64,000 bases of DNA, taken from the NCBI GenBank assembly GCA_046350055.1, contig JAXMBC010000001.1:3646660-3710659 (forward strand), read 5' to 3'. Positions 20,369 to 29,805 of this stretch are shown piece after piece. Numbering within the stretch: position 1 is the first letter of the stretch; each line of letters opens with the position of its first letter. The notes beneath the pieces are model-generated. The model was given only the letters and a program-made list of their open reading frames with translations, ran no database searches and was not told the origin of the DNA. A program made the position numbers and the translations under genes. This DNA is from Gemmatales bacterium (lineage in GTDB: Bacteria; Planctomycetota; Planctomycetia; Gemmatales; HRBIN36).

Positions 20369-21112
20369 ATGAGCAAGCCGTTCCTGACGGCATACTGGAA
20401 GTCGCTGGTGATGCAGAACTACCGCATCGACCCGGCACTCTTGCAACGCTATGTTCCGCCTGGCACGGAACTTGATTCCTATGAGGGGCAATACTTCGTC
20501 AGTATGGTAGGATTTCAGTTTCATGACACTCGAGTCATGGGCTGGAAGATTCCCTGGCATGTCAATTTCGATGAAGTCAACCTACGGTTCTATATTCGAA
20601 GAAAGACCGCTGATGGCTGGCGTAGGGCAGTAGCATTCATCAAGGAGATTGTTCCACGTTGGGCTATCGCCACGGTGGCCCGCCGAATTTATAACGAAAA
20701 CTACGTTGCACTACCCATGCGGTCTACTGTGGAATTGCCGTCAGGACAGTCATCAGGACAAGCAATTTATCGCTGGAAACTGGATGCTGTCTGGCATGAG
20801 TTGGGTGCTGAGTTTGTCGGAGAGCCACAACTGCTTCTCCCGGATTCCGAGGAAGCGTTCATCACGGAACACTACTGGGGTTATGTCATCCAGAGAGACC
20901 AGGGCCTGGTAGAGTATGAAGTGAGGCACCCATCCTGGCGAGTCTGGCGGGCATCAAGAGCGTGGTTTCATTGTGATGTTAGCAGACTTTATGGGCCTGA
21001 GTTTACGTCGCCGTTGAGCGTGGAGCCAGCCTCTGCTTTCATTGCAGAAGGCTCTGCGATTTCGGTCTCACATGGGTTGAGGATTGCTACCAACTCACGT
21101 CAGTCACAATGA
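20369..21112 (+). CDS. DUF2071 (YqjF-like) family protein
   Basis: MSKPFLTAYWKSLVMQNYRIDPALLQRYVPPGTELD..GQYFVSMVGFQF matches my recollection of the DUF2071 N-terminal pattern. The start is set at ATG 20369. Confidence 0.6.
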   Translation: MSKPFLTAYWKSLVMQNYRIDPALLQRYVPPGTELDSYEGQYFVSMVGFQFHDTRVMGWKIPWHVNFDEVNLRFYIRRKTADGWRRAVAFIKEIVPRWAIATVARRIYNENYVALPMRSTVELPSGQSSGQAIYRWKLDAVWHELGAEFVGEPQLLLPDSEEAFITEHYWGYVIQRDQGLVEYEVRHPSWRVWRASRAWFHCDVSRLYGPEFTSPLSVEPASAFIAEGSAISVSHGLRIATNSRQSQ

Positions 21113-21989
21113 TGACAAACAAGCCGATACTGATAACACTGTTGACGTAGAAAAATGCCAGGTTCACTTTGCTGAGGTCATTCGGTTTCACAATAGCATG
21201 TTCATAGCAAAGCAACAGGGCGACCAGCACAATGCCAGCGAGGTAAATCAAGCCAAGTCCTGCGACGTAATAAAGACCTAACAGGCATCCAAGCATGATC
21301 ATGTGACTCAGGAAGGCGACTCGCAGCGCATTGGGTACGCCAAGAGCAGCAGGTACACTGTGTAGCTTGGCTTTCTTGTCGAAATCAACGTCTTGCGTGG
21401 CGTAGAGGATGTCAAATCCCATGACCCAGAACAGCACCGCCAGACCCAGCACGACTGGTGGCCAGTCAATACTGCCAGTAATGGCGATCCAAGCAGCAAT
21501 TGGGGCAATCATCAATGAGAGGCCGAGCCACAAGTGACATAACGCGGTGAACCGTTTGGTGAATGAGTAGCAGGCGATGAACAGCAGCACCGGCACGCTG
21601 AGATACAGGGGCCAGAAATTATTGTTCCATACCCGGAAGTGAATCGTGGCAATCACAAACCCGATGGCAGAGAACAGGGCAAACATTGTAACAGCACGAA
21701 CACTGAGTGTGCCGGCCGGCAGGTGTCTCTTCTCCGTCCTCGGATTTGCTGCATCATACTGGCGATCCGCCAGTCGATTGATGGCCATGGCAAAGCTGCG
21801 GGCCAGTATCATGCAGGGGATGATCCCAGCGATATCAATGAAGATATCAAAAGGGGCAGTGCGACCGGAAGCCCGCCAGGCCAGTACCGCTCCTGCCAGT
21901 GCAAAAGGCAGGGCGAACAGCGTGTGGCTGAACCGGATCATCTCTAGGAACGCCTTCACCTGCCCGAAAAGGGAAGCAGGCTTATTCAT
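21087..21989 (-). CDS. UbiA-family aromatic polyprenyltransferase (4-hydroxybenzoate/MqnP-like)
   Basis: Asp-rich motifs NRLADRQYDAANPRT and YATQDVDFD, with about 8 TM helices. The start is set at ATG 21989 (MNKPASLFGQVKAFLEMIRFSHTLFALPF), which overlaps the upstream stop by 8 nt. Confidence 0.8.
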   Translation of the reverse strand: MNKPASLFGQVKAFLEMIRFSHTLFALPFALAGAVLAWRASGRTAPFDIFIDIAGIIPCMILARSFAMAINRLADRQYDAANPRTEKRHLPAGTLSVRAVTMFALFSAIGFVIATIHFRVWNNNFWPLYLSVPVLLFIACYSFTKRFTALCHLWLGLSLMIAPIAAWIAITGSIDWPPVVLGLAVLFWVMGFDILYATQDVDFDKKAKLHSVPAALGVPNALRVAFLSHMIMLGCLLGLYYVAGLGLIYLAGIVLVALLLCYEHAIVKPNDLSKVNLAFFYVNSVISIGLFVIIVTDVSW

Positions 21990-23568
21990 CGAAGATGCCA
22001 AAACCAAAGCCCTTGGGTTGTTCGCGAGGTGCTTCCTGCTTGACTGGCACTTCCACCTGCTCGGTTTTGGGTAAATCAGACTCAGTAGGCGGAGAAGTGA
22101 TAACTTCTCGACGCTCGACTTTTGGTGGATGAACCGGTGTGACTGTGGCAATAGGCGGCATCGTGTGGAAGGAAGGGATATCCTCTTCGGGTTCTGTCTT
22201 GCTTGATGAAGGCTCAGCGGTAAAGGGCACATCATCAAAGCTGATGGGGCGTTCGTCTATGACTGGCAGAATTTTGGCCTCAGCGGACTCTGCAACTGGT
22301 AAGCGTTCCCGTCCCCGCCCTTTACTGGTACGGCCCTTTTTCCTGCGTCGGTCCTGCTCGTTTCCTTCGTCTTTCGTTGGATCCGGAACAGTTTCGTCGG
22401 CTTCAGCCACCGGTGGCGGTACGGGCTTTTCCACAGGCTTGCGGCTGATATTTGCCATCACTTCATCGCCAGTTGAGCTGTGTGCAGGGCGATAAGGCGT
22501 CCCGAAGTTCGAGAACTCATCTTCAAATGAACGCGTGGCTCGTGGGCCGAGAAATTCGCTGGTTTCTTCAGCGAACTCGGAGAAGCTGTGGATCCTCTGT
22601 TCACGAGGCTTCAGATCATCATCATTCGGCCATCCCGCAGGCATCGTTCGCTCTGGCATGGATGGAGGAGGTGGGATCACTCGTTCAGGCTTGGCTGGCA
22701 AAGATGGACGATGCCTGGGCGTAGTGGTTCGCAAGGTTGGCTTACTGCCTGCAGTTTCACGACCACGTGGAAGCTTGGCAGACGATTCTTTGCGTGGTGC
22801 AGCTACCCCCGTTAGTTCTTCGCCAAAGCGAGTCACCGTATACGTGCCTCGTTTTTGATCCCTTTCGAGTTCCACAAGTCCCTGAGCCTGGGCGTCTTCC
22901 AGGAGTGCAGAGAACGTGTTATATCCATGATAAGTTTCATTGAAGGAAGGTTTCTTCCGCTTCATGGTCTCTTTGATCAAGCTGGCCCAGAGTACTTCCT
23001 TATTTTCGCGTCGGAGTGCTATCAGGGCCTCCAGCAGGAGTTCAATGGCTTTCCGTTTCGTTTCCGGTCCGGGGATGTTGACCTTGGGAACTTCGACTTT
23101 CTCGACTTCGAGATCTTCGTAGTAGATAAATTCATCACAGTTGTCGCGTAGCAGGTCACTGGTGCTGTTCGTCATGCCCAGGCCAATGACATGTTTGCCC
23201 ATTTCCTTGAGCTTGGAGACAAGCGGAGTAAAGTCGCTGTCACCTGAGACAATGACAAAGGTGTCGATGTGTGTCTTGTTGTAAGCAAGGTCCATGGCGT
23301 CGACACAAAGGCGGATATCTGCCGAATTCTTGCCTGTGAGCGATCGCTTGGGGATTTCCACCAGTTCAAAAGCAGCTTCATGCAGGGACGCAGTGTACTG
23401 CAGATAGCGGCTCCAGTCGGCATAGGTTTTCTTGGCAACGATCTTGCCTTTCTCAACCATGCGCTTGAGAACTCGTTGGATATCAAAGCGATCCGTGCGG
23501 CGAAAGCCCTGGGCGATGTTGTCAAAGTCCACAAAGATGGCGAGTGCGCGTTCCGAATCAGTCGGCAT
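21982..23568 (-). CDS. NYN (LabA-like) nuclease domain + OST-HTH/LOTUS domain protein with a ~280-aa disordered Pro/Glu/Arg-rich tail
   Basis: NYN core: LAIFVDFDNI..KTYADW..SADIRLCVDAMDLA..DTFVIVSGDSDFTPLVSKLKEMGKHVIGLG. LOTUS-like segment: LWASLIKETMKRKKPSFNETYHGYNTFSALLEDAQAQGLVELE. Confidence 0.75.
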   Translation of the reverse strand: MPTDSERALAIFVDFDNIAQGFRRTDRFDIQRVLKRMVEKGKIVAKKTYADWSRYLQYTASLHEAAFELVEIPKRSLTGKNSADIRLCVDAMDLAYNKTHIDTFVIVSGDSDFTPLVSKLKEMGKHVIGLGMTNSTSDLLRDNCDEFIYYEDLEVEKVEVPKVNIPGPETKRKAIELLLEALIALRRENKEVLWASLIKETMKRKKPSFNETYHGYNTFSALLEDAQAQGLVELERDQKRGTYTVTRFGEELTGVAAPRKESSAKLPRGRETAGSKPTLRTTTPRHRPSLPAKPERVIPPPPSMPERTMPAGWPNDDDLKPREQRIHSFSEFAEETSEFLGPRATRSFEDEFSNFGTPYRPAHSSTGDEVMANISRKPVEKPVPPPVAEADETVPDPTKDEGNEQDRRRKKGRTSKGRGRERLPVAESAEAKILPVIDERPISFDDVPFTAEPSSSKTEPEEDIPSFHTMPPIATVTPVHPPKVERREVITSPPTESDLPKTEQVEVPVKQEAPREQPKGFGFGIFDE

Positions 23569-23703
23569 ATCTATTTCCAAAAGCGACCAGGACGGTCGTC
23601 ACGAAGTGCCTTGCAAGCAAGGCTCAATACTGGCGTCATTATATAGGGAGGAGCAGGGGTTGCTACTTATCTCTGATAGAGTCTCTCATCGGAATGGTAT
23701 CTA

Positions 23704-23732
23704 AATGAAAAGGGCGAGACTGAGTCTCGCCC
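23704..23732 (-). terminator. rho-independent terminator after the glycine-zipper lipoprotein gene
   Basis: Stem GGGCGAGAC (23712-23720) / GTCTCGCCC (23724-23732). On the minus strand the hairpin is followed by TTTTCATTT. Confidence 0.65.
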
Positions 23733-23752
23733 TGCAAGCCACTTTGGTGCAA

Positions 23753-24274
23753 CTACCGAATCCGGTATTGAATTCCAACGCCAATCGGCGGTGGTGGTGC
23801 ATACTCCCGGATAATCACTGGCCGTTCGTATACTCGCACCGGCCGACGACTGCTGTCGAGCATGGCATTGATCACGTTGTCACTCACTCCGTAACTCTTC
23901 AGCGAGACTACATCATCCGGTGTCAACTGAAATACCGTTCGTGTCGACTGAATCTGTTTGATGATTGTGACTTCATTGACACCCGACTGAGTAAGCTTGA
24001 TAACGTCATTGGTACTCATTGGCCCGCTGGCAGTTGCCGAGGCAGCCACTACCGCTTCGCGATGTTCACGACGATCTTCCGCATTGCCTACAGCAGCACC
24101 TGCCAGAGCACCTACACCTGCGCCCAGTAGAGCACCCGCTCCTGTATTGCCAGCTGCTTTGCCTATGATCGCGCCCGTACCTGCACCAAATAAACCACCT
24201 ACAGCTGCACCAGTACCTTCGTGCGTGGCACAGCCGGCTATCGGCATCCAAAGAAGAAACCAGGCGTATCGCAT
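23753..24274 (-). CDS. glycine-zipper outer-membrane-type lipoprotein
   Basis: Lipobox [15 protein letters not shown], then the glycine zipper [42 protein letters not shown]. The start is set at ATG 24274. Confidence 0.7.
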   Translation of the reverse strand: MRYAWFLLWMPIAGCATHEGTGAAVGGLFGAGTGAIIGKAAGNTGAGALLGAGVGALAGAAVGNAEDRREHREAVVAASATASGPMSTNDVIKLTQSGVNEVTIIKQIQSTRTVFQLTPDDVVSLKSYGVSDNVINAMLDSSRRPVRVYERPVIIREYAPPPPIGVGIQYRIR

Positions 24275-24401
24275 CGTGAGACCCCCTTGAGGCATTCGGA
24301 AGAATGCTCCAAGTCTGAATATCGGCTGACGAAGCATCAGGCCTTCAATCAATCGAGCCGAGGGGTATAGCGTAAGAATGGTAAACGGTCAACGCATCTC
24401 G

Positions 24402-25562
24402 TTATTGTTCATCCTCTTCATCCCACGCATCTTCACTCATGTCTGCATCAGTGGTTGCAATGGGGGTAGGATCCCACTTTGAAGTAAACGATCCATACCG
24501 GCTACGCCAGACTGAGATGGTCGCTGGCCAACCTAGCAGTCGAATGCGGTAGAGTCCTTCCTGCTGCCAGCCTTGTTCCCAGGCAGCAGCTTGTAGTGCT
24601 TCAATATCGCTGGCGAGTATCACAGCCTGCCCACCGGGCTGGAGCACCCGCTGCCATTCCGCCACCATGTCAGCATAGAGCGCAGCAATCTCTTCCGGCT
24701 TGCTCAGTTGCCTGCCGAATGGTGGGTTGCAGAGAATCTTCGCTACGCTTCCCTGGGCCAGGGGCAATTCGCGGGCATCCCAGCGAATTAATGGCGGGTA
24801 ATCGCGCCAGCCCTTAAGGTTCGTCCCGGCTGCCACCAGGGCATTCTTGTCAATGTCGCCGCCAATCATCTGCACATGGCGATTGGAATGGAAGCTCTCC
24901 GCTAGCAGCGTTCCTGCCCCACAACAGGGATCGATCGTGAATCCTTCTTGCGTTCCCAGCCGCACCATGGCTGCAGCCACCACCGGACGTAGTGAGGCTT
25001 GAATATGCTCGCTTTTATATGTTCGATGACGAAGTTTGCTGTCAGAGAGCCGCACGCCACACAGCGCCCGTTTTCCCATAATCCGTAACCAGATCTCGAG
25101 AGTTGCATCCTCCGCCGTGGGAATGAGGTGGCTGGGAATCTTACCCCTCAGGCCTTTGTCCAGTGCTTCAAAGGCATCGCTGCGCTTGTAGCCGTGTTCG
25201 CCATGCATCTGGGCAATGAGGCGGAAACTGGGCCGACCCTTGGGCTTCGGGCGAATGGCCTTGTGGTACTGCAGCAACTGAGGCCAGTTGGGCTCGCGGG
25301 CAGTCCATTTCTGGATCATTTCCAGATCAGCTGCCCGGTAGGTGAGCGCATCGCTGCCCCAGGCGAGGAGGAAGACATCCTCTGCAGTGCGAAGCTTCAG
25401 GACACTCTCGTCCAGGTGATCGACTCGGAAGACAACGATCCCCTGCATCTTCTTCTTGACGATGCCCCCGAGGTCGTCTTCAATCTCTCGAGCCGTGACC
25501 GCTTCCAGCCCGGGAACAGTGAGGGCAAAGAGAGCGGGTAATGTGCGTTCAGGTTTGGGCAT
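24402..25562 (-). CDS. THUMP-domain class I SAM-dependent RNA methyltransferase (RlmL/Trm14-like)
   Basis: N-terminal THUMP-like segment, then DPCCGAGTLLAE (SAM motif I), GGDID and the catalytic NPPFG. The start is set at ATG 25562. Confidence 0.75.
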   Translation of the reverse strand: MPKPERTLPALFALTVPGLEAVTAREIEDDLGGIVKKKMQGIVVFRVDHLDESVLKLRTAEDVFLLAWGSDALTYRAADLEMIQKWTAREPNWPQLLQYHKAIRPKPKGRPSFRLIAQMHGEHGYKRSDAFEALDKGLRGKIPSHLIPTAEDATLEIWLRIMGKRALCGVRLSDSKLRHRTYKSEHIQASLRPVVAAAMVRLGTQEGFTIDPCCGAGTLLAESFHSNRHVQMIGGDIDKNALVAAGTNLKGWRDYPPLIRWDARELPLAQGSVAKILCNPPFGRQLSKPEEIAALYADMVAEWQRVLQPGGQAVILASDIEALQAAAWEQGWQQEGLYRIRLLGWPATISVWRSRYGSFTSKWDPTPIATTDADMSEDAWDEEDEQ

Positions 25563-25612
25563 TGGGTTATGGTATGGCTCAATGCATGCGTGTTCGACGG
25601 GTACGCTTACTG

Positions 25613-25646
25613 CCAATAACAAAAGCCAGACCCACCGGCCTGGCTT
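25613..25646 (-). terminator. rho-independent terminator after the PqaA-like gene
   Basis: Stem AAGCCAG (25623-25629) / CTGGCTT (25640-25646). On the minus strand the hairpin is followed by TTTTGTTATT. Confidence 0.6.
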
Positions 25647-25667
25647 CGTGGTGATTCTGAAGGCTGT

Positions 25668-27095
25668 TTATTTCTTCTTCGCCTTCTCCGGGTTTACCTC
25701 TGCTTCGTACTTGAGAGCCTTCAAATCCGTTCCCTTGTGCGGAAGCACATCAGGCAGAACTCGAACCGAAGTCGTTACCTTCAGTGGATAGGGGGCGCCG
25801 ACATCATATGTCAGCTCGACGAAGAACGCACTCCAGCCTTTCTCAGGTGGAGTTATCTTGCCCACATAACTGCCATCGCTTTCCTGCTTCAATTCAGTGC
25901 TCTTGTAAGCTTTGCCAATGGTCTCCATTCGGAAGTCGCGAGCATTGGCATTGGTGGCTTGCCAGAGTACTACCTTGGTAGGTGGAGTCTGGTATTTCAC
26001 CTTGATGCTGCCATCCTGCTCGAAGGTCCAGGAGTACTGAGGCCTTGGTTTGCCATGAATCACCATATGGTAGAACGCAGTGATGCTCTGCAGGGCATCG
26101 GTATCCTTTAAACCATGGTCGCCATTGGCTACATAACGAAGGAGCTTTTCACCCTGCAATTGATCGTAGTAGAACTGTGAGGAATCAGGCAGGAAGAACT
26201 GGTCACCTGCAGCATTGACCACATACTTGGGCAACGTCAGTCTTTCCTTGTAGGAAAGCGGATCTTCAATCTTGTAGAGATCGTTGATACGGGGATGATC
26301 AGGCCGCTGGAGAATCTTGTGCTGATAGTAATTGCCGATGGCCATCGCCCAGAAGCCATAGGCTTCGCCGTGGTGCTTGATGGATTCTGCGCTATTGAGC
26401 ACATCGATTACGATGGGAACAATCGCTTCCACGCGAGGATCTGTCGCGCCGGTCAGCCAGGTTGTCCAGCCACGTTTGGAACCTCCCGCTACCACAAACT
26501 TCTCAACTCGGCAGTTTTCCTTCTTCGACCATTCCTGCACGCAATCCATGGCCCGGTGAGCACTCTTTACCATCGCCAGTCGAACGACCCAGGTGGGATC
26601 ACCGGTTTCAAGGAACTTGTCCCAGCCATAGCCGAGCAGATCATCCTCAACTCGTTTGACACCATCGCCATTGAGGATGAGAGGCTGGTTGGGAACCATT
26701 CTGAGTTCAACAACGATACTTCCCGTAGCATTGGCAATCATCTGTGTCATGCCATCAGCTTTGTCAGGCAGTGGTCTTTCATTGCTCCCACCGCTGATGA
26801 GGAGAAACGCCTTGTTAGATTTCAGTTCCTTGGGTTTGACGATGACAACCGCATGTTCCCAAACCGGGCGATTGACTTCTTTTTCAGTACGCCAGGTCTG
26901 CGACTTCATCTTGATAATGGTCGTCGTGGAATTCGAGGCATCCACGGTCTTGTGCACCTCCCAGCTGTAGACTGGGTCGACTTTCATCAGGTATTGATCG
27001 AGAGGCGCTGCACTTTTGTTATCGGCAGGCTGGGCATACGCCACGGCTGCGACACCGCTCATTAGCAATGTCCAGACGAACGTTCGCAACTTCAT
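25668..27095 (-). CDS. PhoPQ-activated pathogenicity-related (PqaA-type) family protein, secreted
   Basis: Signal peptide MKLRTFVWTLLMSGVAAVAYA. FLLISGGSN and VVAGGSKRGWTTWLTGATDPRVEAIVPIVIDVLN match my recollection of the PqaA family. Confidence 0.7.
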   Translation of the reverse strand: MKLRTFVWTLLMSGVAAVAYAQPADNKSAAPLDQYLMKVDPVYSWEVHKTVDASNSTTTIIKMKSQTWRTEKEVNRPVWEHAVVIVKPKELKSNKAFLLISGGSNERPLPDKADGMTQMIANATGSIVVELRMVPNQPLILNGDGVKRVEDDLLGYGWDKFLETGDPTWVVRLAMVKSAHRAMDCVQEWSKKENCRVEKFVVAGGSKRGWTTWLTGATDPRVEAIVPIVIDVLNSAESIKHHGEAYGFWAMAIGNYYQHKILQRPDHPRINDLYKIEDPLSYKERLTLPKYVVNAAGDQFFLPDSSQFYYDQLQGEKLLRYVANGDHGLKDTDALQSITAFYHMVIHGKPRPQYSWTFEQDGSIKVKYQTPPTKVVLWQATNANARDFRMETIGKAYKSTELKQESDGSYVGKITPPEKGWSAFFVELTYDVGAPYPLKVTTSVRVLPDVLPHKGTDLKALKYEAEVNPEKAKKK

Positions 27096-27210
27096 GGTGA
27101 TTCCTTGCATGGAAAAGACAAAAGGTAGGTATCAGTGTTATAGCATGGGAACGACTGTCTTGCAGTCTTTTCCCGGTAATCGTACAGTTCATGAACCAAT
27201 GATGAGCAGA

Positions 27211-28044
27211 CTATTTTTGTGCTGACAGTTTTTTGATGATTCCGGCACTGCTGGCACCAGTGGCAATGACGTCGTTGCCGCCCAGGATGGTGCCGGCAAG
27301 TAAGTACTCTTCATCAATGATGATGCCGCCGATGAGGTTATCGATTTCAACTCGTTCCTGCAGTTTGACATCAACCTGAAGTTCGCTTGACTGCACAACG
27401 ACTGCCTTGACCCAGCGGCCCGGACTGCTCTCAGGAGGCATTGCCAGAATCCATACTGGTTCATCAGCATGTAGAACCCCGTTACGTAACTGCAGTCTTC
27501 GCAAATCGCGGGGAGGATTTTTCCACTTCCACCAGGCCAGATCATCGCTGAGATCAGGTTTCAGGAGCATATTCGGGTGATTGTCATATGTCAGTGCACC
27601 CAGGCCATCTGGTTTATCTGGTAGACGATGTGGTAGTCTCGTAAATGCAAGGGAGACATCGGAAATACTGTTCCATTCCACCTGGGTTAGGCGGCTTGCG
27701 GTTGTCATCACGACACATTCCTGCCCAGATTCAACCAGACAGGCCCACACTTTCCTAGGCTGATTGTCTACCTTGCATGACAGTATGCAAATCTCGTTGG
27801 ATTGAAATCTGGGCGCTGGGCCATGGGCATTGAATACTCTTTTCTTTTTCCCTTCATTAAAGCTTGAAGGGCGAAGCACGATGGCATCTGACTGCGAGCC
27901 CTGCGATTGTGATGAAATGGCAACAGTTGTAGTGGGACGTGTCATGGCGTATACCATCGTGACCGATGTGGCGATCAGCACGACGCAAGTCCATTGCACA
28001 ATCGACGACAATCTATCTTGTTGATGTGGTTCAGGTGTCATCAC
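27211..28044 (-). CDS. hypothetical N-terminally anchored protein, possibly a degenerate trypsin-fold domain
   Basis: TM helix IVQWTCVVLIATSVTMVYAM. I recognise no family with confidence (see findings). Confidence 0.45.
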   Translation of the reverse strand: MMTPEPHQQDRLSSIVQWTCVVLIATSVTMVYAMTRPTTTVAISSQSQGSQSDAIVLRPSSFNEGKKKRVFNAHGPAPRFQSNEICILSCKVDNQPRKVWACLVESGQECVVMTTASRLTQVEWNSISDVSLAFTRLPHRLPDKPDGLGALTYDNHPNMLLKPDLSDDLAWWKWKNPPRDLRRLQLRNGVLHADEPVWILAMPPESSPGRWVKAVVVQSSELQVDVKLQERVEIDNLIGGIIIDEEYLLAGTILGGNDVIATGASSAGIIKKLSAQK

Positions 28045-28121
28045 TCTATCATAACAGTGAACGTGAACTCTGGAAGAACGGAGTTTCCGCTTCCTTCAGT
28101 ATTCAGCGCATGCCATAATCC

Positions 28122-29042
28122 ATGATGATCTGGTGGCTGGTCATTTGCTGTCTCATTGTGTTCCGAGGGTATATCTACCGTGAGGACAGACAGCGGTTCG
28201 GCCAGCTAGCCGCCCTCAAGCGACTTAAGTCGAGCATCCTGATCATGATTACCTTGTACCTGGGGTTCCTTGGCTTGCTCCTGGGTTTTGAAAATAGAAT
28301 GGTCTATCATCCGAGCTCCGCGGCTGAGTATTGGTCACCACCACCAGGTTTGAAGTACGAGGACGTCACATTTCAGAACAAGATGGGAGATGCAATTCAC
28401 GCCTGGTGGTGCCCTGATCCGCAGGCGAAGTGGACGGTCCTCTTCAGCCATGGCAATGCGGGCAACCTCAGCGGCCACGCATGGATCATCTCTGCCATCC
28501 GGGCAACAGTACCCTGCAACATCCTTATCTACGATTACCCCGGCTATGGCAAAAGCACAGGCAAACCTGGTGAAGCTAGCTGCTACTCTGCTGCAGACGC
28601 TGCATATCAATGGCTGCGAGACACGAAGAAGACCTCACCCGAGAAACTGATTCTGATGGGGCAATCTCTCGGCTGCGCTATGGCATGCCACCTGGCAGTG
28701 AACCACGAACATCGTGCAACTATCCTGCTCAGTCCGTTCACTTCCATTCGTGATGTTGGTCAGGAATTGATGCCAATCTTTCCCGTTCGCTGGTTAATGA
28801 GTCACCGCTACGACAACCGCAGCAAGTTGGTGAATTACAAGAAGCCGTTATTGATCGGCCATAGCACTTCGGACGAAGTGATTCCCTTTCACCATGGGAA
28901 AGACCTATTCGATGCAGCCGGCACCAGTGACAAGACACTCCACACTATCCAGGGGGAAGGGCACAACTCCCATCCTCCTAGCTTCTTCCAGACGATTAAG
29001 GCCTTTCTACTCAGTCTGGAGAGCAAGACAGCTAAGGAGTGA
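28122..29042 (+). CDS. alpha/beta hydrolase (Bem46/ABHD13-like), N-terminal membrane anchor
   Basis: VLFSHGNAGNLSGH, YDYPGYGKSTGKP and the nucleophile elbow GQSLG, with a C-terminal H in EGHNS. Confidence 0.75.
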   Translation: MMIWWLVICCLIVFRGYIYREDRQRFGQLAALKRLKSSILIMITLYLGFLGLLLGFENRMVYHPSSAAEYWSPPPGLKYEDVTFQNKMGDAIHAWWCPDPQAKWTVLFSHGNAGNLSGHAWIISAIRATVPCNILIYDYPGYGKSTGKPGEASCYSAADAAYQWLRDTKKTSPEKLILMGQSLGCAMACHLAVNHEHRATILLSPFTSIRDVGQELMPIFPVRWLMSHRYDNRSKLVNYKKPLLIGHSTSDEVIPFHHGKDLFDAAGTSDKTLHTIQGEGHNSHPPSFFQTIKAFLLSLESKTAKE

Positions 29043-29076
29043 CGGGCTACACTGACTGGGTGATCGCGAGAAACCC

Positions 29077-29793
29077 ATGACCAAGCTGAGTGTCAACATC
29101 AATAAGTTTGCCACCCTTCGCAATAGCCGGGGTGGAAATGTTCCCGATGTCACCAAGGCAGCTATCGATGCCCAGCTATTTGGTGCCCAGGGTATTACGG
29201 TGCATCCTCGCCCTGATGAAAGGCACATCCGCTACAGCGACGTGCGAGATATCAAGCCTCATATCACCACGGAGTTTAATATTGAAGGCAATCCGCGAGA
29301 ACAGAGATTTGTCGACTTGGTCTTGGAGGTGAAGCCGACGCAGGTAACACTCGTGCCTGATGCATTGGGTCAGATTACCTCCGATCATGGTTGGGATACG
29401 GTGATACATCAGGGCTATCTGAGAGACGTTATTGCACGTTTTCGAGCAGCCGGGATTCGCACGTCGATTTTTGTTGATCCGATTCTGCCGCTGATTGAAG
29501 CAGCGAAGACAACGGGCACCGATCGTATAGAGTTGTACACAGAACCGTACGCTGCGAAGTATCAAGACAGCCGTGCCGCGGCCGTTGCACCGTTTGTACA
29601 AGCTGCTGAGCGAGCTGTAGAGTTAGGGCTAGGCATCAATGCGGGTCATGATCTGAACCTTGAGAATTTACGCTACTTCGTCGCAGAAGTGCCTGATGTT
29701 CTCGAAGTCTCGATTGGTCATGCCCTCATCGCCGATGCCCTCTACCATGGTCTGGAGAAGACAATTCAGATGTATCTGGGCGAGTTAAAGTAG
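29077..29793 (+). CDS. pdxJ: pyridoxine 5'-phosphate synthase
   Basis: [33 protein letters not shown] parallels the E. coli PdxJ N-terminus. Length is 238 aa. Confidence 0.9.
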   Translation: MTKLSVNINKFATLRNSRGGNVPDVTKAAIDAQLFGAQGITVHPRPDERHIRYSDVRDIKPHITTEFNIEGNPREQRFVDLVLEVKPTQVTLVPDALGQITSDHGWDTVIHQGYLRDVIARFRAAGIRTSIFVDPILPLIEAAKTTGTDRIELYTEPYAAKYQDSRAAAVAPFVQAAERAVELGLGINAGHDLNLENLRYFVAEVPDVLEVSIGHALIADALYHGLEKTIQMYLGELK

Positions 29794-29805
29794 TCATGGC
29801 AATGA

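Noticed and set aside
20288-20560. N-terminal 91-aa extension of the membrane-protein ORF, and 13-aa extension of the DUF2071 ORF (20330-20368)
   Set aside because: The extensions would make the two divergent genes overlap by about 230 nt. The internal ATGs at 20287 and 20369 give sensible N-termini (TM protein MDSRILI.., family-typical MSKPFLTAYW..).
21990-22238. 83-aa N-terminal extension of the UbiA-family ORF
   Set aside because: It overlaps the C-terminal coding region of the NYN-LOTUS gene in another frame. The conserved prenyltransferase N-terminus begins at MNKPASLF (ATG 21989).
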